NCBI GenBank assembly: GCA_051883535.1 | Contig: JBJETX010000079.1 | Coordinates: 1-52,649 of the forward strand | Direction of reading: 5' to 3' | Source of the DNA: Christensenellales bacterium | Lineage (GTDB): Bacteria > Bacillota > Clostridia > Christensenellales > DTU072 | DNA: 52,649 nt | Shown: one piece after another, positions 34,559-43,078 of the stretch | Position numbering within the stretch: the stretch's first letter is position 1 | How the letters are laid out: the number at the start of each line of letters is the position of its first letter | The notes under the pieces: generated by a model | What the model saw: the letters and a program-made list of their open reading frames with translations, nothing else | Databases searched by the model: none | Told to the model about the DNA's origin: nothing | Position numbers and translations under genes: made by a program

Positions 34559-34838
34559 TACCGACTCTCCTTAATTTAGGTTATATTATATTTTACACTC
34601 TTTTAACCATTTTTATATTTAATACCTGTGAAACGTTATTAAAAACTTCAACGGACCACCGTTTTTATTTATAGTACGTTTTTCTTTATTTTTATGATTT
34701 TTTTGCGTTTTTTCGCACTTTTATTACGTAAATATCGCTGAAAAATTGTTCTGATTTTTGAAACAAAAAATATTATATTTGTTTAACGTGAAACATTTTG
34801 TAACATTTGCAACAAAATTTATTATTATCGGAAAAACC

Positions 34839-36080
34839 TTATATTTTTACTATATTTACCGAAAAATTCTTAATAGAAGAAAGTTTATTTTCTTCTTTTC
34901 CTATGGCGTATTCGCCGCTGTAAAGATAAAAACCGGCGAGTTTATCGAAATTATCTATTACGTTTTTATTCTTTAATATATAGTATCCGAAGTCCTCGTT
35001 ACTTTCGTTTATCGTGCTGAAAAACACCGTACAGACGGGATATTCTTTGAAAACGGTTTTCATTCCGTCTTTAATGTCTAGCAGTTCTTTTCTTGTAAAA
35101 TCGCCGTCAAAATAAATTCCCGTCGCTCCGATATCGAGATATTTTCTTACGGTAACGAGATATTTTCTCACGCAATCAGCCGAGTCGAGTTTTATTTTAT
35201 ATTTATCGGATGAAATTACGTCGTAATCTTCTTTATTAAAATACTTTTTAGCGGTTTTTTCACCTACGATTTTATCTATTGCATAGATTATATCTATTCC
35301 GTTTTTCTCCGCTTTTACCGTTTCGGGTTTTATTTTTACCGGGTCGAAACTTCTTTTTTCTATTATTATTCCTTCGGCTTTTATTCCGTTTTCTTTGCAA
35401 TATGCGTTTATTCTTGCCTCGTCGTATTTATCCGTTCTTATAAATACCGCGCCCGCGTTGTATTTTTTTATTCCGACGTTATTCTTTTCGGGCGTATTTA
35501 TCGCGGCATAAATGTTTTTGGCAAACACGATAACGAACGTTGGATTTTCGCTTTTTACTTTAATGAAAATATTGTCTTTTATCTCGTATTCGTAGTCCGT
35601 TATATTTACGTTTTCGAAAAAGTACGATTCGGATATGAAAAACGCAAGTTTTTTATCGGGATCTACGATACGTTCTTTTTTATTGAAAAATCTGTTTTTT
35701 AAGGATTTTTTTATCGGAGTTTGTTCTTTTTTGAATTCGTATGAAGGTAGTCCGTATACTTTTTCGCTCTCTTGTTTATAGAGTGTAAAACAAAGTTCGT
35801 CGTAACTTTCGTTACATACGATTTCGCATCGTACGCGGTTTTCCGTTTGCGTTATTTTAAGTTTTGCCTGCGCGTTTTCCTCGTAGAAAAGCACCTCGAA
35901 GCCGTCGATTATTTCTTTTATTCTGAACTTATAAAGCGACGTGGACGTAACTATTCCGTTCTTGTTTTTCTTCAGAACGATAAAAGGCATACTCTTACCG
36001 TTCTGAAAAATAACCTTTTCTCCGTAGTAAAAATATACCTTTTCGTTATACGTCTTGTAATTAAGTCTGCTTTCCGACAA
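34839..36080 (-). CDS. hypothetical protein, low GC (very remote GH31-like pattern, weak)
   Basis: 413-aa track ORF. The start is TTG with GGGGGA 11 nt upstream. It is K/N/I/Y-rich, and spot counts give about 30-35% GC. It has an EKVYGL motif, and ...YLDIGATGIYFDGDF loosely recalls GH31 YGLGE / GvdGfW.DmnE. No confident family assignment is possible. Confidence 0.6.
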   Translation of the reverse strand: MSESRLNYKTYNEKVYFYYGEKVIFQNGKSMPFIVLKKNKNGIVTSTSLYKFRIKEIIDGFEVLFYEENAQAKLKITQTENRVRCEIVCNESYDELCFTLYKQESEKVYGLPSYEFKKEQTPIKKSLKNRFFNKKERIVDPDKKLAFFISESYFFENVNITDYEYEIKDNIFIKVKSENPTFVIVFAKNIYAAINTPEKNNVGIKKYNAGAVFIRTDKYDEARINAYCKENGIKAEGIIIEKRSFDPVKIKPETVKAEKNGIDIIYAIDKIVGEKTAKKYFNKEDYDVISSDKYKIKLDSADCVRKYLVTVRKYLDIGATGIYFDGDFTRKELLDIKDGMKTVFKEYPVCTVFFSTINESNEDFGYYILKNKNVIDNFDKLAGFYLYSGEYAIGKEENKLSSIKNFSVNIVKI

Positions 36081-36101
36081 AATAACCGTTTTCCCCCGCT
36101 T

Positions 36102-37205
36102 TTACACTACTCTTACAGGAAGTATCACGCAACGGAACTCGTCTCCTTCCATTTTTTCCACTATTATAGGTCTCGTGCCGCCGTCGAATTTTATTCTGAC
36201 GTAATCCTCTTTTATCCTCGAAACCGCTTCCTGAAGGAATTTGTTATTAAGGCATATTTTAAGAGGTTCTCCGGTTACGTTACAATCTATATATTCGTCG
36301 ACTTTTCCTTTTTCGCTTTCCGCAACGATATTCATTACGTTTTCGTCGATATTGATTACAACCGTATTATAATAATTTTCACGGCTTATTATACCGGCGC
36401 GGTTAAGACACTCTTCTATCTCTTCTCTCTTGATAACAACTTCGGTTTTAACGTTTTTGGGAATATTGTTTTCGTATTTATAAAACTCTCCGTCAACCGT
36501 AGTCGTTCTTATTTTCGTATGTCCGAGATCGAAAATAACCATATTGTTATATTTACTTACGATAACGTCGTCGTCGGTATCCGAAAGAATCTTTATAATA
36601 TCGGATATTATTTTTCCGAGTATCACGCATTTGAAGTTTCCTTTTATATCTTCGGGTTTTTTACGCGAAATTCCCACTCTGAATCCGTCGAGACATACCG
36701 CTTCGGCTTTATCTCCCTTTATTTCTATATTGCAACTTTTAAGCAGCATTCTGTTGTCGTTCGCCGAAACGCAGAATATAGCGCGCTCGAGAAGTTCTTT
36801 TAGATCGGTTTGTTTCATTCTTACGCTTACGTTTTCGTCGTATTCTCCGAGGTTGGGAAAATTATTGACGTCGTAATAATTTATTTCGCTGAAACTTTTA
36901 CCGATTTTGAAACTCAGTTTGTTTTTTATTCCTTTTTCTATCTCAACCCGATCGCGGTTACTGATTTTATTGGAATAATCGGTAAAGATTTTACCGTTTA
37001 CGATAAGTTCACCTTCGGAAAGGACCTCGGCTGGAATCGTCTTTTCTATATATAATTCCTGATTGAACGCGCTGAGAGTAAGTTCGCTTCCGTGCGCGTT
37101 GAGTTTGATACCCTCGAGCATAGGAATACCTTTATTTATTGCAACCGCTTTATTTACTATGTTTGCGGCGTTTGAAAGATTGGTTCCGTCACAATAAAAT
37201 TTCAT
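36102..37205 (-). CDS. dnaN: DNA polymerase III beta sliding clamp
   Basis: 367 aa, immediately downstream of dnaA. The three-domain-sized product starts MKFYCDGTNLSNAANIVNKAVAINKGIPMLEGIKL. An AAGGAGG RBS is present. Confidence 0.9.
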   Translation of the reverse strand: MKFYCDGTNLSNAANIVNKAVAINKGIPMLEGIKLNAHGSELTLSAFNQELYIEKTIPAEVLSEGELIVNGKIFTDYSNKISNRDRVEIEKGIKNKLSFKIGKSFSEINYYDVNNFPNLGEYDENVSVRMKQTDLKELLERAIFCVSANDNRMLLKSCNIEIKGDKAEAVCLDGFRVGISRKKPEDIKGNFKCVILGKIISDIIKILSDTDDDVIVSKYNNMVIFDLGHTKIRTTTVDGEFYKYENNIPKNVKTEVVIKREEIEECLNRAGIISRENYYNTVVINIDENVMNIVAESEKGKVDEYIDCNVTGEPLKICLNNKFLQEAVSRIKEDYVRIKFDGGTRPIIVEKMEGDEFRCVILPVRVV

Positions 37206-37220
37206 TTTAAGAGCCTCCTT

Positions 37221-37407
37221 CGTTAATTAAAATAATATATTTTAAGGACTACTATTATTATTAGGTCTGTTGATAATGTAGATAACCCTAAAAATCAACC
37301 TTATGCGGCATCAATCCTCTGAAAACGCATAAAAATCAACTCTTTTTCTGTGGATAATTATCAACAATTCATAAACAGGTTATCCACAGGTCGGGTTTTT
37401 ATCCACA
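37221..37407. promoter_or_regulatory. candidate oriC core: AT tract, TAN-trio run and six DnaA boxes
   Basis: Three perfect DnaA boxes: TGTGGATAA at 37349-37357, and TTATCCACA at 37380-37388 and 37399-37407 (the last overlaps the dnaA stop). Three one-mismatch boxes: 37268-37276, 37277-37285 and 37358-37366. TAC-TAT-TAT-TAT-TAG lies at 37250-37264. An AT-rich stretch lies at 37221-37249. Confidence 0.7.
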
Positions 37408-38772
37408 CTTTATCGAGGAGCGTATATCCTCGACCGCTTTGGCTACCGCTTTGTTTGCGGCTATCTGAGCGGCTATTTTATCCCTCGAATAAATAACCGT
37501 CGTATGGTCTCTTCCTCCGAAAATCTGCCCGATGCTGACGAGAGGAAGGTTTATCATATCGCAGACGAGATATATAGCCACCATTCTCGCTTCCACGATG
37601 TCTTTCGTCTTTTTCTTTCCGATTATATCGGAAGCGGGAATACGGTAATACTCGCTTACGTAGTTTATTATTTTGTCGCTGTCTATTTGTTCGGTAAACT
37701 CTTTTTCCTTTTCTTTGAGGGCTTCTCTCGCAATCTCCACGGTGGGTTTGCGGTGAGTTAGATTACAGAACATAATAACTTTAAGCAACGCGCCTTCGAG
37801 TTCTCTTATGTTGGTATTTATTTTTTCCGCGAGAAAATAAATAATATCGTCGTCGAGTTCGTGGTTTGACGCGGACAGTTTTTTCTTTATTATGTTAATT
37901 CTCGTATCGAGACTCGGCGCGGAAATATCCGTCATAATACCGCTTTCAAACCTCGAACGAAGACGGTCTTCGATGTCGTTTATCTCTTTCGGCGGACGGT
38001 CGCTTGAAAGTACGATTTGTTTTCCGTTTATGTAAAGGTCGTTGAAAATATGGAAGAAAACTTCCTGTAAACCGCCTTTTTTCTGCATAAACTGAACGTC
38101 GTCAACCATAAGTACGTCGCATTGAGCGTATTTTTTACGGAAATTACGATAAGAATCCTTGTCCGTCGTGTACTGATTAAGAGAGGCGAAATAATCGTTG
38201 CTGATCTTTTCCGCAGTCGTATAAATAACGTTCATATTCGGATTGTGTTCGAACAGATAATTGCCGATAGCGTGAAGAAGATGAGTTTTTCCGAGACCGA
38301 CGCCCCCGTAAATATAAAGAGGGTTGAGAGTCAGGTTGTCGTTGGAACCGGGGTTTTGAGAAACCGTCTGAGCCGCAACCGACGCGAATCTGTTGTTGTC
38401 CGCGATTACGAAATTATCGAACGTATACTTTGCTACGAACGGATTTTTTCTTTCCTCTTCGGTTTTTTCCTCTTTATTTTCGTTTTCTTCGGAATAACCC
38501 TCGATTTTATCGAGTTGTTCTTTCGTGATAAAGGAAAATTCGTAGACGGGAACGTCTGCCGAACGCGCAACGGATACGAAAACGTCTCCGTAATGACTCG
38601 TCAGCGTATTTGCCGCGTTTTCGCTCGGAGCGATAAAAGTCATACGGTTGTTATTTACCGAATGAGGAATAAGCGGATGAATCCAGAGCATATACTCCGC
38701 GCTGCTCAGTTTAATGGACAACTCGAGTTTGATTTTGTTGCTGTAAAGCTCGGATTTTTCTTTATTCGTCAT
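37399..38772 (-). CDS. dnaA: chromosomal replication initiator DnaA
   Basis: Track ORF is 37399-38781. Motifs: Walker A GGVGLGKTHLLHAIGN, Walker B VLMVDDVQF, and a C-terminal DNA-binding region (VAIYLVCDMINLPLVSIGQIFGGRDHTTVIYS). I prefer ATG 38772 (MTNKEKSELY) over TTG 38781, because the TTG lies immediately next to the -10 box. Confidence 0.95.
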   Translation of the reverse strand: MTNKEKSELYSNKIKLELSIKLSSAEYMLWIHPLIPHSVNNNRMTFIAPSENAANTLTSHYGDVFVSVARSADVPVYEFSFITKEQLDKIEGYSEENENKEEKTEEERKNPFVAKYTFDNFVIADNNRFASVAAQTVSQNPGSNDNLTLNPLYIYGGVGLGKTHLLHAIGNYLFEHNPNMNVIYTTAEKISNDYFASLNQYTTDKDSYRNFRKKYAQCDVLMVDDVQFMQKKGGLQEVFFHIFNDLYINGKQIVLSSDRPPKEINDIEDRLRSRFESGIMTDISAPSLDTRINIIKKKLSASNHELDDDIIYFLAEKINTNIRELEGALLKVIMFCNLTHRKPTVEIAREALKEKEKEFTEQIDSDKIINYVSEYYRIPASDIIGKKKTKDIVEARMVAIYLVCDMINLPLVSIGQIFGGRDHTTVIYSRDKIAAQIAANKAVAKAVEDIRSSIKCG

Positions 38773-38781
38773 AATAATCAA

Positions 38782-38810
38782 ATTATATCACAGATATAAT
38801 TCTTTTTCAA
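38782..38810 (-). promoter_or_regulatory. dnaA promoter, near-leaderless geometry
   Basis: The minus strand reads TTGAAA-17 nt-(TGa)TATAAT. The ATG at 38772 begins 9 nt after the -10, and there is no Shine-Dalgarno. Confidence 0.5.
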
Positions 38811-38918
38811 TCGAAAATTAAATAAATGCCCGATAAAAAAGATATTGAAAAAAATTCGCCGATAAGATATAATTTTATTTGGCTTTCAAGCGAAATCTGA
38901 AAAAGGAAGAAAATTGCA

Positions 38919-39917
38919 ATGGAAAGAAAAGAAAGAATGCCGTTTATGGGGAAGATGTTCGATATCGTGGAAAAATCCCGTGCGGATATAAACGCGAAAA
39001 CTCCGTTTATCAAAGATACGGACGTAACGAAAAACGTGGTGTATAAGGAAATCGACGGGAAAAAACTCGTTATGGATATTTACGTTCCGAAAAATGCGGA
39101 AGAAACGAACGCTCCCGCCGTTATGATTATTCCCGGCGGAGGTTGGATGGTCAACAACCGTGAAAGAAGGGGCGGATACGCTTCTCTTTACGCGTCGCTC
39201 GGAGCAAAAGTGTTCGTCGTGGAATATCGACTTACTCCGGGTATAACTTTTCCCGAAAACTTAAAAGACCTCGTGGACGCAACGGATTTTATTTATGAAA
39301 ACCGAGAAAAATACGGTATAGACGTCGACAAATTCGTGGTTACGGGCGATTCTGCCGGAGGACATCTTGCCGCTTGTCTCGCCTGCGCGGCGACTACGCC
39401 CGGATATGCGGAAAAACTCGGAACGAGAATACCGAAAATAAAACCTGCCGGATGTATTTTCATAAGCGCGTCGTTCAGTTTCAAAACGATGTGCAGAATA
39501 CCCGTTTCTTACACGTTTATCGTAAAAAACTTCTGCGGACTTTCCACGAAAACCGCGTTCCGCAAGTGGAAATACTATAACGAATCGTATCCGTGGAACT
39601 GTATAACGGAAAATTTTCCGAAAAGTTATAACAGCGGCGGAAAAAGCGATCCGTTCTGCACGGGAGACGCAAAAAGAATGGCTGACAAACTTACCGAAAA
39701 AGGCGTGGAAAACGAATATTATATCGGTAAAGGGATACACGCCGACCACTGCTACGTTCTGAGAAATCCCTATCTGTTTGCGAGAAAAGATATGCTCAAA
39801 ATAATGACCTGGTATAAAAAACTTCTCGAATCGCTGTCGTACGACTTCGGAGACAAATTCGACGCGCTGAAAAACTACCTCGAAAATCCGAATAAAAAAT
39901 ACGTTTACGAAGAATAA
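38919..39917 (+). CDS. alpha/beta hydrolase, HSL-type esterase/lipase
   Basis: Oxyanion-hole motif IIPGGGW and nucleophile elbow GDSAGGHLA. A GGAAG RBS is present. Confidence 0.8.
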   Translation: MERKERMPFMGKMFDIVEKSRADINAKTPFIKDTDVTKNVVYKEIDGKKLVMDIYVPKNAEETNAPAVMIIPGGGWMVNNRERRGGYASLYASLGAKVFVVEYRLTPGITFPENLKDLVDATDFIYENREKYGIDVDKFVVTGDSAGGHLAACLACAATTPGYAEKLGTRIPKIKPAGCIFISASFSFKTMCRIPVSYTFIVKNFCGLSTKTAFRKWKYYNESYPWNCITENFPKSYNSGGKSDPFCTGDAKRMADKLTEKGVENEYYIGKGIHADHCYVLRNPYLFARKDMLKIMTWYKKLLESLSYDFGDKFDALKNYLENPNKKYVYEE

Positions 39918-39939
39918 AAAAATAAAAAAACAATTGAAA

Positions 39940-39960
39940 AGCCCGACGTATCGTCGGGCT
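39940..39960. terminator. bidirectional rho-independent terminator
   Basis: AGCCCGACG-tat-CGTCGGGCT is a 9-bp perfect stem, flanked by AAAA and TTTTT. It lies between two convergent genes. Confidence 0.8.
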
Positions 39961-39986
39961 TTTTGAATTTATCCGAAGATAAAAGA

Positions 39987-40397
39987 TTATCTCTTCGAGA
40001 ACTGCGGAGCCTTTCTTGCTTTGTGGAGACCGTATTTCTTTCTTTCTTTCATTCTCGGGTCTCTCGTAAGGAATCCTGCTTTTTTCAGTTCGGGACGGAG
40101 AGTTTCGTCCGCTTCGCAAAGCGCTCTTGCAATACCGTGACGGATTGCGCCCGCCTGACCGGTAAGTCCGCCGCCGGTTACGTTTACGATAACGTCGTAT
40201 TTGTCGGCGGTATTGGTAAGTTCGAGAGGTTGCTTAACGATGAATTTCTGCGCGTCGGTTTTGAAATAATCGTCGAGAGAAACCTTGTTTATGATAATTC
40301 CGTTTTCGCCGCCCGAAGATATTCTTACGCGCGCGATTGCTTTCTTTCTTCTGCCAACTCCCCAGAATTGGATTTTAACATTTTTCGTCTTTTTCAT
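39987..40397 (-). CDS. rpsI: 30S ribosomal protein S9
   Basis: 136 aa. The C-terminal [11 protein letters not shown] is typical of S9. It follows rplM. Confidence 0.95.
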   Translation of the reverse strand: MKKTKNVKIQFWGVGRRKKAIARVRISSGGENGIIINKVSLDDYFKTDAQKFIVKQPLELTNTADKYDVIVNVTGGGLTGQAGAIRHGIARALCEADETLRPELKKAGFLTRDPRMKERKKYGLHKARKAPQFSKR

Positions 40398-40409
40398 TTT
40401 TCACCTCGT

Positions 40410-40841
40410 TTATTTCAAGCAAAGCGCTTTGGGCTGTTGCGCGGAGTGGGGGTGTTCGCTGCCTTTGTAAGCGAAAAGTTTTTTAATCATACTTCTGCCG
40501 AGGCTGTTTTTGGGGAGCATTCCCTTAACCGCTTTGGTAAGAGCAAAATCGCTCTTGGTATCCATAAGTTTGTCGTATCTGATTTCTTTGAGTCCGCCGA
40601 CGTATCCGGTGTGATAACGGTAATATTTCTGTTCCGCTTTCTTTCCCGTAAGTTCGATTTTGTCGGTGTTGATTACGATGACGTAGTCGCCCGTATCCAC
40701 GTTGGGAGTATAAGTGGGCTTGTTTTTTCCTTTCAATATCGATGCAACCTGAGAAGCGACTCTTCCGAGAGGAAGACCGGCGGCGTCAATGACGTACCAA
40801 TCTCTTTTCACTTCGGCAGGTTTTGCCATATAAGATTTCAT
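40410..40841 (-). CDS. rplM: 50S ribosomal protein L13
   Basis: 143 aa starting [39 protein letters not shown]. An AAGGAG RBS is present. Confidence 0.95.
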   Translation of the reverse strand: MKSYMAKPAEVKRDWYVIDAAGLPLGRVASQVASILKGKNKPTYTPNVDTGDYVIVINTDKIELTGKKAEQKYYRYHTGYVGGLKEIRYDKLMDTKSDFALTKAVKGMLPKNSLGRSMIKKLFAYKGSEHPHSAQQPKALCLK

Positions 40842-40933
40842 GGTAAAACTCCTTTACTTTATTACGTATTTTACTTGACCTTCTTATCGCGGCGAGGGGC
40901 TAATTCACCATAATAATTCAGTTTTGCCTAAAT

Positions 40934-40962
40934 ATGATAATACAGCCGAAAAACTTTGTCAA
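40934..40962 (-). promoter_or_regulatory. sigma-70 promoter of rplM-rpsI
   Basis: The minus strand reads TTGACA-17 nt-TATCAT. This leaves a leader of about 85-90 nt. Confidence 0.6.
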
Positions 40963-40999
40963 CCGAATTTACACCGAAAAACGCAAAAATAAGAGTTTT

Positions 41000-42439
41000 T
41001 TAACGCCGTGAAAGATGCCTGTGCCATTTACGCAGGTTGCCTGCGGCGATAAAATCTTCGTAAATCAGTATTTCGAGCGTTTCCGCGTCTTTTTCCGAAA
41101 GAACTTTTTTTCCGTAACCGAACAGTAAATCGCATTGCGCGAACGAAGAAAACGACGACTTCACGACGTTTTTTTCTTCGTATTCTTCCGCAAGACCGCG
41201 GAAAACGACGTGAGGGGGAAGTTTTTCGGTGAGAAAACGTATGCTTTTTGAAAATCTTCCCGAATTATAGTACAAATCGAGCATAGACACGGTTTTTTTC
41301 AGTTCGACAAGGTCGCTTTCGCTCATATACGGCGTACTTTTTACTTCGTAAGGCGGTTCGTTTTCGGTTATAAACCCGTCGGAGCAACCCGATAAACGCG
41401 AGCCTTTGAGAATTTTCAGAAAACCCGCTTGCAGACAATCGGGTTTAATCGCAAACAAACGGTCGAATCCCCGTAAAAATTCGCTTTTCGATTCGCACGG
41501 AAGTCCCGCGATCAGATCGACGTGCACGTGTACGTTTCCCATATTTATAAGGCGGGCGAGAAAAGCGTCGATAACTTCGGTATCGGCGCGGCGGTTCACC
41601 TTTTCGAGAGTTTCTTTTTTGTAACTCTGCACGCCTATTTCAAACTGAAACAGTCCTTTCGGAGCGCGAGAGATAACGGAGAAAAGGCTTTCGTCGAAAA
41701 GTTCGGGTGCCATTTCGAAGTGGAAACGCGTTCCCGAAGCGGAATACCTCTCTATAATAAAGTTAAAAATTTTCTCCGCCCGTCGCTTGTCGTAGTTGAA
41801 AGTGCGGTCTACGAATTTGACGAGTTTCGGAGAAAAAGACATAACTTTCTCCACGTCGGAAAATATTCTTTCGAGGGAAAAACTGCGTACGCCGAGCGTG
41901 TTCGCGCTCATACAATAAGAGCAGGAAAACGGGCAGCCGCGGCAGGTCTCCATATATATAATTTTGTTTTTACCGGACAAAGAAAGATATTCGTCGGTAT
42001 ACGGACTTTTTATCGAGTCGAGGTCTTTTACGGTACCCGAATCGAGTATTTGAGGAGGCGTAATTTTATTTTCCGCTATAAGAGAAAGAAGATTGCCGAA
42101 CGCAAAATCCCCTTCGCCTTTAAGTATAAAATCGCATAAAGGAATCAGTTCTTCGGAGTTAAAAGCCGCTTCGTAGCCGCCTAGAATTATTTTGGAATCG
42201 GGCAATGATTTTCGTATATCGGGCAATAATTTTTTTATATAAGAAATATTGAAAATATAGCAGGAAAAAGCGATTACGTCGGGGCGTTCGTTTATAATGA
42301 ACGACAGGGTCCGGTTTCCGTCGACGTTGACGTTGGTTTCGTAGACGTCCACGGGAAGCGGAGAGTTTGCCGCGAGGTAACGCGGCGCGAGAAGGGTGTG
42401 AACGTAACTCGAAGACAATGCGATCAGAAGCGTTTTCAT
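41000..42439 (-). CDS. B12-binding-domain radical SAM protein (DUF4080-type)
   Basis: CRGCPFSCSYC is the CxxxCxxC cluster motif. The N-terminus MKTLLIALSSSYVHTLLAPRYL is typical of this family, from memory. Confidence 0.8.
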   Translation of the reverse strand: MKTLLIALSSSYVHTLLAPRYLAANSPLPVDVYETNVNVDGNRTLSFIINERPDVIAFSCYIFNISYIKKLLPDIRKSLPDSKIILGGYEAAFNSEELIPLCDFILKGEGDFAFGNLLSLIAENKITPPQILDSGTVKDLDSIKSPYTDEYLSLSGKNKIIYMETCRGCPFSCSYCMSANTLGVRSFSLERIFSDVEKVMSFSPKLVKFVDRTFNYDKRRAEKIFNFIIERYSASGTRFHFEMAPELFDESLFSVISRAPKGLFQFEIGVQSYKKETLEKVNRRADTEVIDAFLARLINMGNVHVHVDLIAGLPCESKSEFLRGFDRLFAIKPDCLQAGFLKILKGSRLSGCSDGFITENEPPYEVKSTPYMSESDLVELKKTVSMLDLYYNSGRFSKSIRFLTEKLPPHVVFRGLAEEYEEKNVVKSSFSSFAQCDLLFGYGKKVLSEKDAETLEILIYEDFIAAGNLRKWHRHLSRR

Positions 42440-42446
42440 CGGAAAT

Positions 42447-42475
42447 ATTATATCACCGATATAAATAAAAGTAAA
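42447..42475 (-). promoter_or_regulatory. extended -10 promoter of the radical SAM gene, leaderless geometry
   Basis: The minus strand reads TTTACT-17 nt-(TGa)TATAAT. The ATG at 42439 begins 7 nt after the -10, and there is no Shine-Dalgarno. Confidence 0.5.
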
Positions 42476-42502
42476 ATAAGCGCGCGGCGGTTATAAATAC
42501 GC

Positions 42503-42531
42503 TTGCGGAAAAAAAATATATTATATATAAT
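42503..42531 (+). promoter_or_regulatory. sigma-70 promoter of luxS
   Basis: TTGCGG-17 nt-TATAAT. A GGAG RBS lies 9 nt before ATG 42561. Confidence 0.55.
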
Positions 42532-42560
42532 TATCGTGAAAACATACGGAGTAAGAAAAA

Positions 42561-43061
42561 ATGAATACGATACCAAGTTTCAAAATCGACCACTTGAGGC
42601 TGAAAGCGGGATTATACGTCGCGCGCAGGGACCTTGCCGGCGACGAAATGATAACCACGTTCGACATCAGGATGAAAAGACCTTATCACGAGGACGTTAT
42701 GACCACGGGAAGCGTTCACGCTCTCGAACATATATGCGCTACGTTTATGCGCAACGACGAATTGTGGGGAAACCGCGTTATCTACTTCGGACCGATGGGA
42801 TGCCGTACGGGATTCTATCTTATCGTGGCGGGAGAAGCGGACACCGACACCATTCTGCCTCTTATAGAAAGAACTTTCGATTACGCCGCCGAGTTCGAAG
42901 GAGAGATACCGGGCGCGACGCCGAAGGAATGCGGTTATTGCGTCGATATGGATCTCGAAGAAGCGAAACGCGACGCAGCGTTGTATTATAATCTGCTCAT
43001 CGACGCGAAAAAGGAAAACTTCAATTATCCGAAACCGCGCAAAAAGAAGGGAGAGAAGTAA
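42561..43061 (+). CDS. luxS: S-ribosylhomocysteine lyase LuxS
   Basis: Metal site HALEH plus GPMGCRTGFY. 166 aa. Confidence 0.9.
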   Translation: MNTIPSFKIDHLRLKAGLYVARRDLAGDEMITTFDIRMKRPYHEDVMTTGSVHALEHICATFMRNDELWGNRVIYFGPMGCRTGFYLIVAGEADTDTILPLIERTFDYAAEFEGEIPGATPKECGYCVDMDLEEAKRDAALYYNLLIDAKKENFNYPKPRKKKGEK

Positions 43062-43078
43062 TTTTTTCTTTTTTACAT

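Noticed and set aside
34625-34640. cre (CcpA) or Rex operator reading of TGTGAAACGTTATT
   Set aside because: Only the central AACGTT is symmetric and the flanks do not match either consensus. I reported it only as part of the repeated CGTGAAAC observation.
34520-34670. Possible + strand small RNA (TTGACA at 34520, hairpin and T-run at 34650-34670)
   Set aside because: The -10 candidate needs a 15-nt spacer, and the hairpin is only 5 bp. Such signals are easily produced by chance in AT-rich DNA.
34758-34976. 72-aa + ORF in the AT-rich spacer and orf413 3' end
   Set aside because: It is low-complexity (K/I/F/Y) with no RBS or promoter, and it overlaps the 3' end of the minus-strand gene.
38807-39013. 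68-aa hydrophobic minus-strand ORF upstream of dnaA
   Set aside because: It overlaps the dnaA promoter's -35 box and the 5' end of the esterase gene in antisense. It has no RBS. The AT-rich sequence readily yields I/F/L-rich ORFs. It is probably spurious.
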